This document shows, one piece after another, positions 38,415-47,892 of a stretch of DNA of 64,000 nucleotides (within the stretch, counting starts at the first letter, position 1; each line of letters starts with the position of its first letter). Under the pieces are notes generated by a model that saw only the letters and a list, made by a program, of their open reading frames with translations, had not been told where the DNA came from and searched no databases. The position numbers and the translations under genes were made by a program. Origin of the DNA: Deltaproteobacteria bacterium (GTDB lineage Bacteria > Desulfobacterota > Binatia > UBA12015); the NCBI GenBank assembly GCA_046583355.1, contig JAYGCM010000063.1, positions 69,103-133,102 on the forward strand, given 5' to 3'.

Positions 38415-39097
38415 AGCGAGCCGGTACCATTTTTCTTCTGATCTTCCTTCTCGTGCTGCCCGCCGCAGCGCCGGCGGCCGGCGAGCTTGTCCGCAACAGC
38501 CTCTTCACCGAGGGGAAGTCCGGCAAAGCGGCCGAGTGGCGCACAGCATCCTACGCCAAAGACGACGCGGCGACCGAGTTTGGCTGGCAAGTCGACGCCG
38601 CCGGCATCGGCGTCATCGAGATCCACAACCGTCTGCCCAACGATGCGCGCTGGATCCAGAGCATCCCCGTCTCTCCGGGGACCTGGTACCGCCTCAGCGG
38701 CTGGATTCGCACCGAGCAGGTGGGCGCACGCCATATGGGCGCCTACCTGACCATCATGGGCACCTTCCATAACTCGCGCGACCTGCGTGGTTCACAGGCC
38801 TGGCAGCCTGTTTCGCTCTGGGTGAAAACCGGCGCGCTGGAGACCAAGCTCGAAATCGGCGCCCGACTGGGTGGCTACAGCTCCGAGAATAATGGCCGCG
38901 CCTTTTTCACCGCCCTCTCCCTCGAAGAGCTCGGCTTCCCGGCCGAAGGAACCCCCTTCGTCTATGGCGGCCGCCCGGGCGAGAGCGAGCAAGACCATCC
39001 GATCTGGGCCGAACTCCTGGGACTGCTGCTCGTCCTCGGCTTGGCGCTGCTGATCTGGCGTTACGTCGCCAGGCCCGACGGCCGCGTGCCGCGATGA
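38411..39097 (+). CDS. Exported CBM-like domain protein with C-terminal TM anchor
   Basis: ATGA overlap; signal peptide; paralogous to the N-terminus of the upstream gene. Confidence 0.82.
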   Translation: MKRAGTIFLLIFLLVLPAAAPAAGELVRNSLFTEGKSGKAAEWRTASYAKDDAATEFGWQVDAAGIGVIEIHNRLPNDARWIQSIPVSPGTWYRLSGWIRTEQVGARHMGAYLTIMGTFHNSRDLRGSQAWQPVSLWVKTGALETKLEIGARLGGYSSENNGRAFFTALSLEELGFPAEGTPFVYGGRPGESEQDHPIWAELLGLLLVLGLALLIWRYVARPDGRVPR

Positions 39098-40677
39098 AGC
39101 TGCGACTCGTGCTCCTGGCCCTGCTGACGCTGGTCGCCGGCTGGGAGCGCTGCCAGAATATCTCCTTCGGCCTGCCCGACCATTTCCGACCCGACGAAGA
39201 ATACCTGGTCTCCCGCGCGGTCGGCTTTCAGGAAGATTTCAACCCACATTTCGCCGTCTATCCGGCACTCCAGATGTATGTGCAGCACGCGGCCCTGCGC
39301 GCTGGTTCCTGGTGGCGTGGAGAGACGGGCGATTTCCGCATTTATTTGCGTGAGAACAATTACGCGCCGGCCCATCTCTCTGGACGCGCCGTCTCGGTCG
39401 GCTTCGGCACGCTTACCGTCCCGGCACTCTATTGGGCTGCCATGCCCGCCTTCGGGCCGGTCGCCGCGCTGACCAGCGCCGCTGCTCTGACCTTCGCGAC
39501 GATCCATGTCCGCGAATCGAAATACGCGACGACAGACGCCGCCGGAACCTTCTGGCTGACGCTCGCCATGGGGGCGATGCTGCGCATCCTGCGCGACGGG
39601 CGCATCCGCTGGTCGATTCTCGGCGGCGTCCTCACGGGACTGGCGATCGCGACGAAATACCCCACCGGCGCCATCCTGGCGGGGCTCGCGGTGGCCCATA
39701 TCGGCGCGCGCTGGCGCGAGGGCCGCACGCTCTGGAGGGTGGTGCGCGACCTGCGCCCCTGGCTCACACTCTATTTTGCCGTCTTCACCGCCGTGCTCGC
39801 CACACCCTGGATTTTTCTGGATTGGCAACAGACCATGAAAGATTTCACCTACCAACGCGGCTTCGTCGAGCGCGGCGTTGGCAATCCCTTCGGCGGCTGG
39901 GGCTGGGATTGGTTTCTCGGGAAGGTCATGCCCGATTCCTTCGGCCCGGAACTCGCCATCGCGTTGGGGCTCGCCTTGGTCTGGGTGGTATTGCGGCCGC
40001 GCCTGGGAACTCTTTCTTTACTCACATTTGTTGTCATTGCACTGATCGGCATCACCTCCAGCCGCTATGCCTTCTACCGCTATGTGATGGTGCCGCTGCC
40101 GGCGCTCCTGCTCTTCCTCGGCATCGCCGTAGCCGATCTGCGCACTCTCGCCGCCCGCTTCGTTCCCGGACGTTTGGCTACCGCGGGGACCGCACTTCTG
40201 GTCGCCCTCCTTCTGGTCCCTTGCGTCATCCGCGACTACAAATTGAACCGGCTGCTGGGCCGGCGCGATTCCCGCACCATGGCGCGCCAATGGATCGAAG
40301 AAAATGTGCCGCGCGGTGCCCGCATCGCGACTACCTTGCCCCGTACCCCCTACGGCAAGCCGCAACTCGGCGGCCGCAACGTCTGGGTGGCCCTGGACGA
40401 CGCCGCCGCATTGCGTGAGCGCGGGGTGCATTGGGTACTCTCCGACTCCGATATGCTGCCCTTCTACTCGCCCGGATTCAGCACCGAGGAATTGCGTGCG
40501 TTGGCGCGCGACGCGGAGCTACGCTTCGAGGTAAATCCGCTCAAACCCGACACTCCCGCACCGATTTTCGACCAGGGTGACGCCTTCTACGTACCGCTAC
40601 GCCATGCCTCAAGCGTCAAGCGCCCCGGCCCGCGCATCCGTATCTGGAAGCTTGCGGATGTGGCAGGCGGGCGGTAG
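39094..40677 (+). CDS. GT-C (ArnT/GT39-like) membrane glycosyltransferase
   Basis: FRPDE, NPHF..YP, LAIATKY and RY..P motifs; ATGA overlap. Confidence 0.85.
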   Translation: MKLRLVLLALLTLVAGWERCQNISFGLPDHFRPDEEYLVSRAVGFQEDFNPHFAVYPALQMYVQHAALRAGSWWRGETGDFRIYLRENNYAPAHLSGRAVSVGFGTLTVPALYWAAMPAFGPVAALTSAAALTFATIHVRESKYATTDAAGTFWLTLAMGAMLRILRDGRIRWSILGGVLTGLAIATKYPTGAILAGLAVAHIGARWREGRTLWRVVRDLRPWLTLYFAVFTAVLATPWIFLDWQQTMKDFTYQRGFVERGVGNPFGGWGWDWFLGKVMPDSFGPELAIALGLALVWVVLRPRLGTLSLLTFVVIALIGITSSRYAFYRYVMVPLPALLLFLGIAVADLRTLAARFVPGRLATAGTALLVALLLVPCVIRDYKLNRLLGRRDSRTMARQWIEENVPRGARIATTLPRTPYGKPQLGGRNVWVALDDAAALRERGVHWVLSDSDMLPFYSPGFSTEELRALARDAELRFEVNPLKPDTPAPIFDQGDAFYVPLRHASSVKRPGPRIRIWKLADVAGGR

Positions 40678-40686
40678 CCCGAGCGC

Positions 40687-41037
40687 ATGGCTGACGTGAC
40701 GATCTACCACAATCCGAAATGTTCCAAATCGCGCGAGACGCTCGCGATTCTCGAAAAAAAGGGCATCGATTGCGAGGTCATTGAGTACCTCGATCACCCA
40801 CTTGAGCGGGCGACCGTGGCCGGGTTTCTCGACCTCCTCGAAAGCCCGCCCGAGGCGTTGGTGCGCAAGGACAAGCGCTTCCGTGAACTGGGCCTGAACG
40901 AGGCCGACTACCAGAGCCCCGAGGCCGTTCTCGACCTCATCGCCGAGCACCCCGAGCTGATGCAACGCCCGGTCGTCCTGCGCGGCGGCAAGGCCCGGAT
41001 CACGCGCCCCGCCGAGCTCGTCAACGAACTTCTCTAG
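40687..41037 (+). CDS. arsC: Arsenate reductase, glutaredoxin-type ArsC family
   Basis: IYHNPKCSKSR and LMQRPVV motifs. Confidence 0.88.
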   Translation: MADVTIYHNPKCSKSRETLAILEKKGIDCEVIEYLDHPLERATVAGFLDLLESPPEALVRKDKRFRELGLNEADYQSPEAVLDLIAEHPELMQRPVVLRGGKARITRPAELVNELL

Positions 41038-41042
41038 AGGCT

Positions 41043-42116
41043 CTAGCCCAATTCGCCGATCTCGATTTCCTTCGAGTTGGGCGGCAAGTCGATGAGCAAG
41101 CCATCGAAACCAAGCATCACGCCCTCGTCGCGCACATCCGAAACGCCGCGCAGGAAAATCCGCTCGAACAGAATATTCTGCGGGTAGGGAACGAGGTGAT
41201 AGTAGACCAGCAGCCGGACATCCGCTTGATTCGCCGCCTCTGCGGCCTCTACCGGAGTGGTGTGATAGTCGAGAATATCGTGCGTGATCTGGGCCATCCG
41301 ATCCGCACCCGCCGCCGCCGCACCGGCTGACATCTGGCCGATAATATGCGCCGCCAGCGCCTCGTGCAGCAGCACATCGGCTCCCTGCGCAAGCTTTTCG
41401 ATCGCCTTGGATCGGGTCGTATCGCCGCTGACCACCACCGAGCGTCCGGCGAAGTCGAACCGGTAGGCAACGGCCGGACTCACAGGAGAATGCGAGACCT
41501 TGATCGCCGTGACCTTGAGGCCGCCTTCGTCAAGTACGGTTACGCTGAAGCCCTCCGCATCCTCGGCGCCGATCCCGATCGGATGCGCCACGAAGCGACC
41601 ACCGGCAGGCACAAGGAATTCGGCCCCATGGTGCTCCACACGGTATTTTCGCGACTGGCGGTAGGCGACCGAAAACCCTTCGGCGACTTCTTCGACCCCG
41701 GCCGGACCATAGATCGGGAAAGGCTCGTTGCGCCCCGCCACCCAGGCAGCAAGGCTGATATCGGGAATCTCCGCGATATGGTCCGAGTGAAAATGGGTCA
41801 GCAAAACACCGGCGATGCTCTGGCCCGGCACGCGCCAAAGGGCGAGATTCTCGTTGCTGCCATCACCCGCATCGACGATCCAGACGCGGCCGCCAGCGGC
41901 CACGGCCACACAGGGGCCAGCCACTTCCCTGCTCGGCAATGGCGAGCCCGCACCGCAGATCAGAACCTTGAGCCCCTCGCCCGCCAGCGGGTTGGCCGCG
42001 GTCGCGAGTCGGTCCTCGATGACACCTTGGACGATTTTATCCTGCATGCCGGAGGTACAGGCCGCGAGCAGCAAAGCGGCGCTCAAGGCGAGAATCGTTT
42101 GCAGTAGACTTTTCAT
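41043..42116 (-). CDS. RNase Z/AtsA-like MBL-fold hydrolase, lipoprotein
   Basis: LAAC lipobox; THFHSDH, SGDT, HEA and YHT motifs. Confidence 0.87.
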   Translation of the reverse strand: MKSLLQTILALSAALLLAACTSGMQDKIVQGVIEDRLATAANPLAGEGLKVLICGAGSPLPSREVAGPCVAVAAGGRVWIVDAGDGSNENLALWRVPGQSIAGVLLTHFHSDHIAEIPDISLAAWVAGRNEPFPIYGPAGVEEVAEGFSVAYRQSRKYRVEHHGAEFLVPAGGRFVAHPIGIGAEDAEGFSVTVLDEGGLKVTAIKVSHSPVSPAVAYRFDFAGRSVVVSGDTTRSKAIEKLAQGADVLLHEALAAHIIGQMSAGAAAAGADRMAQITHDILDYHTTPVEAAEAANQADVRLLVYYHLVPYPQNILFERIFLRGVSDVRDEGVMLGFDGLLIDLPPNSKEIEIGELG

Positions 42117-42142
42117 AAGTATTCCTCCCTTAACGCGAACCC

Positions 42143-43270
42143 CTAGGGCATGCGAAGCCAGTCGATGGTGGCCGGGGCGCGCAGAATTCCGGCAAGCGCG
42201 AAGGCTTCCTCGCCCGTGCCCAGAAAAATGTCGAGGCGGCCCGGCCCGCGGATGGCCGCGCCCGAATCCATCGCCACCACCAGGAGATCGAGGCTACGGC
42301 CGTCGGGAAGCTTGGCGCGCAACCGGCCCAGGCTACCCGGCGGAGTAACCGCAGGGTCCGCCGCGACCGAGCGCCAGGCGACCAAGGGCATCCCAATGCT
42401 ACCAATGGGGCCGTCGGTCGGCGGCAGATCGAGTTCGCGGAAGAAAATATAGCGCGGATTCGCCACCAGTAATTCGTCGGTCATCTCCGGATGGGCGCGC
42501 AGCCAATCCTGGATTCCCGGTGCCGTCGCCGCCTCGCGTATCAGAAGCCCGCGCTGGATCATCAAGCGACCGAGCGATTGGTATTTGTGGCCGTTATTGG
42601 CGGCGTAGCCGACCCGCACCAGCGAGCCATCTGCCAGCCGCAGCCGGCCCGAACCCTGTATATGCAAAAAATAAAGGTCGATTGCATCGTCTACCCAGAA
42701 GAGTTCGAGGCCGGCCCCGGCCAGAGCTCCCGCCGCGATCTCGGCGCGGCTGAGACGCGCCGAAGGCCCCGCCGCAGGCGGTGCGAGAAGCGCATGGCGA
42801 AAGCGCGCATCCGGCACCCGCCGCGCCTCCAGCACCGGCTCATAATAGCCGGTGAGGAGAATCTCGTCGCGACGCCTACGGATCAACCCCGCAAGCAGCG
42901 CATCGCGCGACACCGCCCCAGCTTCGATTGCCGCTAATACCGCAGGCACCTCCGCGGGCAGCGCCGTGCGACCCGCCAGCGCCGTGCGGACCCGGCGCAA
43001 GGCAACCTCAAGGTCGCTGGCATCGGCCGGCAGCGCCAGCGGTGCGGCGCCGATCTGTCCGCCGCGCATGGTCCCCAATCGCGTGATTGTTCCTGTTTCG
43101 ATCTTCGCCGACGCAGCCACGCCAGCGCAACCGACACCGAGCAGACTGCCCAGCGCCAGCAGAATCCCGGCCACCTGCCGCCTGCGTCCAGCCGAGCATC
43201 GTCGCGCGAGCGGCCGCAAAGCGCGACCAAAAACCGTAATGAATGTTGGAACCAATCCGGGCATCGCCAT
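42143..43270 (-). CDS. mltA: Membrane-bound lytic transglycosylase A
   Basis: TGYYEP, IQGSGR, NPRYIFF and DSGAAIRG..RLD.FLG motifs. Confidence 0.9.
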   Translation of the reverse strand: MAMPGLVPTFITVFGRALRPLARRCSAGRRRQVAGILLALGSLLGVGCAGVAASAKIETGTITRLGTMRGGQIGAAPLALPADASDLEVALRRVRTALAGRTALPAEVPAVLAAIEAGAVSRDALLAGLIRRRRDEILLTGYYEPVLEARRVPDARFRHALLAPPAAGPSARLSRAEIAAGALAGAGLELFWVDDAIDLYFLHIQGSGRLRLADGSLVRVGYAANNGHKYQSLGRLMIQRGLLIREAATAPGIQDWLRAHPEMTDELLVANPRYIFFRELDLPPTDGPIGSIGMPLVAWRSVAADPAVTPPGSLGRLRAKLPDGRSLDLLVVAMDSGAAIRGPGRLDIFLGTGEEAFALAGILRAPATIDWLRMP

Positions 43271-43476
43271 CGCTATCGGTCCTGAATCTCCGGTTTCGGC
43301 GCTGAGTTCAAACCAACCCAGGACGACGCAATCAGCAAATCCATCGGCTGCGAATTTTCCGCGTCCGCAGACCCGATTTCATAGCAACACAGGCACGAGG
43401 TCGTTAAGCTGAAGGCAGAGAAAGCCGTGCGGTGCTTTTACGGGTTTGCCAGCGCCGCACGTCTATATCCCTACGC

Positions 43477-43764
43477 ATGAGCATTTTCTTTTCCATTGGC
43501 GGCATTGCCCTTCTTCTTACCGGAACCTGGCGCGTGGCCTACCGCGTCGGCTTCAGCGAGGGGCGCCTGAGCGTCCCCCTTCGCTTCATCCGTGCGCTCG
43601 GCGAACATCGCGTTCACTGTAAGGGGGAAGACGCCGCGGCCGTGGTCGCCGACCTCGGCCGCGAGCTGCATCTGCCACGCGAAGAGATCCAGCGGCTAGG
43701 GGAGACTCTGCCCACGCAAAGCAGCCAGGAACCCAAACGCGCCGCATTGCGCCCGGCCTCCTGA
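43477..43764 (+). CDS. Hypothetical protein with N-terminal TM segment
   Basis: Hydrophobic N-terminus; fills the gap before the LOG gene. Confidence 0.5.
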   Translation: MSIFFSIGGIALLLTGTWRVAYRVGFSEGRLSVPLRFIRALGEHRVHCKGEDAAAVVADLGRELHLPREEIQRLGETLPTQSSQEPKRAALRPAS

Positions 43765-43862
43765 CGCACTCCGGTCTCTGAGCTCCGGTCCGAAGGCAAA
43801 CCAAATCCGGCCGAAACATCATCCGGATAGCATCGGCCGGGCATTCCGTAGAGAATGATCGG

Positions 43863-44855
43863 GTGAGCCAAAAAACTACCCCCCGCAACCAAGAAGCCCT
43901 CGCCCGGACGTTGGTCAAGGAAATCCAGGAGACCGCGCAGAAGCTGCTACGCGACGGCGCCGATCTGGGCGAGATCAAGCTGATCAACACAGCCCTCAAA
44001 GAGATGCGCTACGCCTTCCACGTCTTCGCGCCCTACCGCGGCGTGCGCAAGGTCTCGACATTCGGCTCGGCACGCACACAGCCCGAGTGGCCTGCCTATG
44101 GGCAGGCGCATGCCTTCGCCGAGCGCCTCGCCAACCGAGGCTTCATGATCATCACCGGCGCCGGGCCGGGGATCATGCAGGCCTGCCAGGAGGGCTCCGG
44201 GCGTGAGCGCAGCTTCGGCATCAATATTCAGCTGCCCTTCGAGCAAAGCGCGAATGAGGTGATTCTCGAAGATCATAAACTCATCAACTTCAAATATTTC
44301 TTTACGCGCAAGCTCCTCTTCGTCAAAGAGGCCGATGCGATTGCCCTCTTTCCGGGTGGCTTCGGCACACACGACGAAGGTTTCGAGGCGCTCACCCTGC
44401 TGCAGACCGGCAAGGCCGACCCGGCACCCGCGGTCTTCCTCGATGCGCCCGGCGGCAACTATTGGAAAACCTGGCGCGACTACGTGAAGGAGCACCTTCT
44501 GGATGCGGGCCTGATTTCCGAGCAGGATATGCATCTCTTCAAGGTAACCGACGACGTGGATGAGGCGGTGGCGGAGATCACCGGCTTCTTCCATCGCTAC
44601 CACTCGCAGCGCTACGTCGACGACCAGTTGGTCATCCGCATGGAGAGCCCACTCACCGAGCCCGTCCTGAAAGAGCTGAACCGCGATTTCGCAGAAATTC
44701 TGCGCGAAGGTGCCGGCGGCATTGTCCAGCGCGGCGCGCTACCGGCCGAGGCGGACGAAAAAGAAATTGCCGATCTACCGCGCCTCGTTCTGCCCTTTGG
44801 CCGCGCCGACTTCGGCAAACTCCGCATGCTGATCGACCGGATCAATGCAGCCTGA
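43863..44855 (+). CDS. LOG-family nucleotide phosphoribohydrolase, long form
   Basis: FGSAR, ITGAGPGIM, YFFTRK and PGGFGTHDE motifs. Confidence 0.92.
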   Translation: MSQKTTPRNQEALARTLVKEIQETAQKLLRDGADLGEIKLINTALKEMRYAFHVFAPYRGVRKVSTFGSARTQPEWPAYGQAHAFAERLANRGFMIITGAGPGIMQACQEGSGRERSFGINIQLPFEQSANEVILEDHKLINFKYFFTRKLLFVKEADAIALFPGGFGTHDEGFEALTLLQTGKADPAPAVFLDAPGGNYWKTWRDYVKEHLLDAGLISEQDMHLFKVTDDVDEAVAEITGFFHRYHSQRYVDDQLVIRMESPLTEPVLKELNRDFAEILREGAGGIVQRGALPAEADEKEIADLPRLVLPFGRADFGKLRMLIDRINAA

Positions 44856-44915
44856 CGATCTTGGCAAGACAGCTCTTCATTGAAGGAACAGCCGTCTTCT
44901 GACAGGTTGAATAGG

Positions 44916-45512
44916 ATGGCTGCTGCCGAAATCCGCTTGACCGCGCGTGAGCGACAAAAAATAGAAACCCGCCAGCGTCTTTATGATGCGGCGCTCGAAC
45001 TCTTTCAGAGCAAGGGCTTCGATGCCGTTCAGGTCGATGAAATCGTTCGCCTTGCCGGTGTCGCGCGCGGCACCTTCTACCTGCATTTTCAGGGCAAAGA
45101 GGAGGTTCTGCGGGCGTTTCGCGAGAACGTCGAGGAAGGCCTGCGCCAGCGACTCCAAGCAATTGAGCAGCCCGATTCCGTCGAAGATCTCTTCGCGCGA
45201 GTCGTAAATGCCTTGCTGGAGACACGCGAGGAACCGGAGACCGTGCGCGACCTGGTGGGCCTTGCCTTCCGCAGTCCTGCTACCCACGAATGGGACCAAA
45301 GCCCGCACGTAAGGGCGATTGCGCGCTTTATCTCGACCTTTCAAGATAGCGGCCAGATCCGCATTGCGATGAACGCCAATACCATCGGCGCGCTCTTTAT
45401 CGCCGGTGTTTTCGGCTTCCTGATCGGGCCGGGAGCGCCGCGCCATGGCCGCCGGGCCGCCATCGACCAGTTCCGCGAGGTCTTCGTCGCGGGCCTCCGC
45501 GCCGCCCCGTGA
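44916..45512 (+). CDS. TetR/AcrR family regulator
   Basis: AALELF..KGF...AGVARGTFYLHFQGKEE. Confidence 0.9.
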   Translation: MAAAEIRLTARERQKIETRQRLYDAALELFQSKGFDAVQVDEIVRLAGVARGTFYLHFQGKEEVLRAFRENVEEGLRQRLQAIEQPDSVEDLFARVVNALLETREEPETVRDLVGLAFRSPATHEWDQSPHVRAIARFISTFQDSGQIRIAMNANTIGALFIAGVFGFLIGPGAPRHGRRAAIDQFREVFVAGLRAAP

Positions 45513-45647
45513 GCCTTGAATTTGCAGGGAAATCGCGGCAGCATGGCGCTCCGCAAGGAATTGACATCTTGCGCGCCAATTCCGTCCGGGTTACCCGAAG
45601 GGAGTCCTTCCAAAGGCCCGCTGTGGCCCATGACCATTCCGTGAACC

Positions 45648-46901
45648 ATGTCTGAAGCCAGTGAATTCCCATCGAGCATCGCCATCATCGGAGGTGCAAC
45701 CGCAGGCGCCGAAGCCGCCGAGCGACTGCGCGCTGCCGGCGCCCTCTGCGTCGTCTTCGAGCAAAACGACCGTCCTTACGGAAAGGTCGAAGACGGCCTA
45801 CCCATGTGGCACGAAGCCTTGCGCAACAAGGAGTACGCAACGATCGACAAAAAGCTCGATCAGCCGGGCGTCGAATTCGTTCCCGCAACCGGTATCGGCC
45901 GCGATATCACCTTCAACGAGTTACTTGAAGATTGGGGCTTCGACCTCATCCTGCTCGCCAACGGAGCCTGGCGCGACCGCCCGCTGCCGGTGACCGGCGC
46001 GGACGCCTACATCAACCGCGGCCTGGTCTACCAGAACCCCTTCATTTATTGGTTCAACCACTACCGCGAGCCTGGCTACCACGGCCCCACCTACCAGGTG
46101 CAGGATGGCGCCATCGTGGTCGGCGGCGGGCTGGCCTCGATCGACGTGGCAAAGCTGATCCAATTGGAGTTGACGCTGGCGGCACTCGCCAAGCGCGGCA
46201 TCCACGAAAACCTCATCGAAATGGAAACCAGCGGCATCCCGGCCGTTCTCGAAAGTCACAACCTGAAATGGGAAGACCTCGAGCTCAAGGGCTGCACCAT
46301 CTACTACCGCCGCCGTATCGAAGATATGCCGCTGGCCGAGGCGCCGCCCAACGCGACGCCCGAAAAGATCCAGAAAGTCGAAGCGATCCGCTGCCGCATC
46401 CTCGAGAAGGCGCGCAAAAAGCTTCTCTTCAATGTCGAACCGCTCTGGTCCCCGATCGGCTTGCTCACCGAAGGCGACCAGCTCGGCGGATTGCGCTTTG
46501 CCCGCACGCGTATCGACGAGAAGGGCAAGGCGGCCATCGTCCCCGGCGAAATCCGCAATGTGGAAGCGCAGCTGGTGATCTCCTCGATCGGCTCGATCCC
46601 CGAACCGATCGAAGGGTTGCCCATGGACGGCGAGTTGCTGCGCCTTGAAGACAAGGAGCGCGGCAAGGTCGTGAGCTTCGAGAACGTCTTCGGCTGCGGC
46701 AACGTAGTCACCGGCAAGGGCAACCTGGTCGCCTCGCGCAAACATAGCGCGAGCGTTGCCGGCTTCCTGCAGGAGCAGATCCCGCAATCGGCCAATGGCG
46801 ATCCCACCCGCGCTAGCCAGATCCTCCAGCGCACGGCCGAGCGCCACAAGGCCATCGGCTATACCGACTACCGCCTTTGGATCGACGCCCACGCCGATTG
46901 A
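45648..46901 (+). CDS. FAD-dependent oxidoreductase (ferredoxin-NADP reductase-like)
   Basis: IIGGATAG, PYGKVEDGLP, VGGGLASIDVA and YYRR motifs. Confidence 0.8.
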   Translation: MSEASEFPSSIAIIGGATAGAEAAERLRAAGALCVVFEQNDRPYGKVEDGLPMWHEALRNKEYATIDKKLDQPGVEFVPATGIGRDITFNELLEDWGFDLILLANGAWRDRPLPVTGADAYINRGLVYQNPFIYWFNHYREPGYHGPTYQVQDGAIVVGGGLASIDVAKLIQLELTLAALAKRGIHENLIEMETSGIPAVLESHNLKWEDLELKGCTIYYRRRIEDMPLAEAPPNATPEKIQKVEAIRCRILEKARKKLLFNVEPLWSPIGLLTEGDQLGGLRFARTRIDEKGKAAIVPGEIRNVEAQLVISSIGSIPEPIEGLPMDGELLRLEDKERGKVVSFENVFGCGNVVTGKGNLVASRKHSASVAGFLQEQIPQSANGDPTRASQILQRTAERHKAIGYTDYRLWIDAHAD

Positions 46902-46932
46902 GACACGGCGGCCAGACCTCTAGACTCGGTAG

Positions 46933-47823
46933 GTGAGCGATTCTCCGAACCGCGTGGTCCAGGGCAATATGATCGGCCTTGAGATGGCCGATATCGACGT
47001 CTGGAGCGAACGGGTCGTCACCATTTTGGGGCAGAACCCGAGCGCTTTTACCGGGCCGGGCACCAATACCTACCTGGTGGGCACCTCATCGGCCCCACTT
47101 CTCCTCGACACCGGCAGCGGCGAGGCCGCTTGGATCCCCCTGCTCAAACAGGCACTCGAAGAGCAGCGCCAAAGCCGCGAGCTCCAGGAGATCGTCATCA
47201 CGCACGCCCACCCCGATCATATCGGAGGCGTCAAGGATGTGCGGCAGGAGTTTGGCGATCTCCTGACCTCGAAGCGCCCCTGGGAGGGCATGGACGGCCC
47301 CATCGAGGGTGCCGTGCAGGCAATCGACGGCGGTGCCGTGATCGAGACCGAGGGCGCGACTCTCAAGGCAATCTTCACACCCGGCCATTCCTGCGACCAT
47401 CTTTGCTATTGGCTGGAAGAAGAGCGGGCCATCTTCACGGGCGATGTCGTGCTCGGCGCAGGCACCACCGTGATCCCCGAGCACGGCGGCGACCTCTTGG
47501 ACTATATGCGATCGCTGGCATGCCTCCTCGCGCTTGAACCCGAGGTGCTCTACCCCGCGCACGGTCCGGTGATCCGCAACGCCAGCGAGAAAATCCGTCA
47601 ATATATCGCTCACCGCGAACTGCGCGAGCAGCAAATTCTGGAAGTCCTTGCAGCAGGCATCTCGGAGGTGCCCGAGATGGTGAAAACCATCTACGCCGAC
47701 ATCCCCGAATTCCTCTGGCCTGCTGCAGGCACCTCGGTGCGCTCGCATCTCGCCAAACTCATCCGTGAGTCTCGCGCCACCCGCGAAGGCGATCATTTCG
47801 CCCTCCAAGACAAGCCGGCTTGA
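46933..47823 (+). CDS. LACTB2-like MBL-fold hydrolase
   Basis: NPSAFTGPGTNTY, THAHPDH, PGHSCDH and PAHGP motifs. Confidence 0.9.
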   Translation: MSDSPNRVVQGNMIGLEMADIDVWSERVVTILGQNPSAFTGPGTNTYLVGTSSAPLLLDTGSGEAAWIPLLKQALEEQRQSRELQEIVITHAHPDHIGGVKDVRQEFGDLLTSKRPWEGMDGPIEGAVQAIDGGAVIETEGATLKAIFTPGHSCDHLCYWLEEERAIFTGDVVLGAGTTVIPEHGGDLLDYMRSLACLLALEPEVLYPAHGPVIRNASEKIRQYIAHRELREQQILEVLAAGISEVPEMVKTIYADIPEFLWPAAGTSVRSHLAKLIRESRATREGDHFALQDKPA

Positions 47824-47892
47824 GCCCAGCGGTCGCAAGCGGCGCCCGGATGCAGGCCTACTTTTCGGCAGCGCCTCTCAAGGTCCCGCCAA

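Noticed and set aside
43790..43850. c-di-GMP-I riboswitch (GGCAAACC...GAAA)
   Set aside because: Stem pairing and the downstream GCAAAGC element are missing
45557..45583. TTGACA within a GGAATTG/CAATTCC inverted repeat as promoter/operator
   Set aside because: No -10 element at the expected spacing; single short repeat
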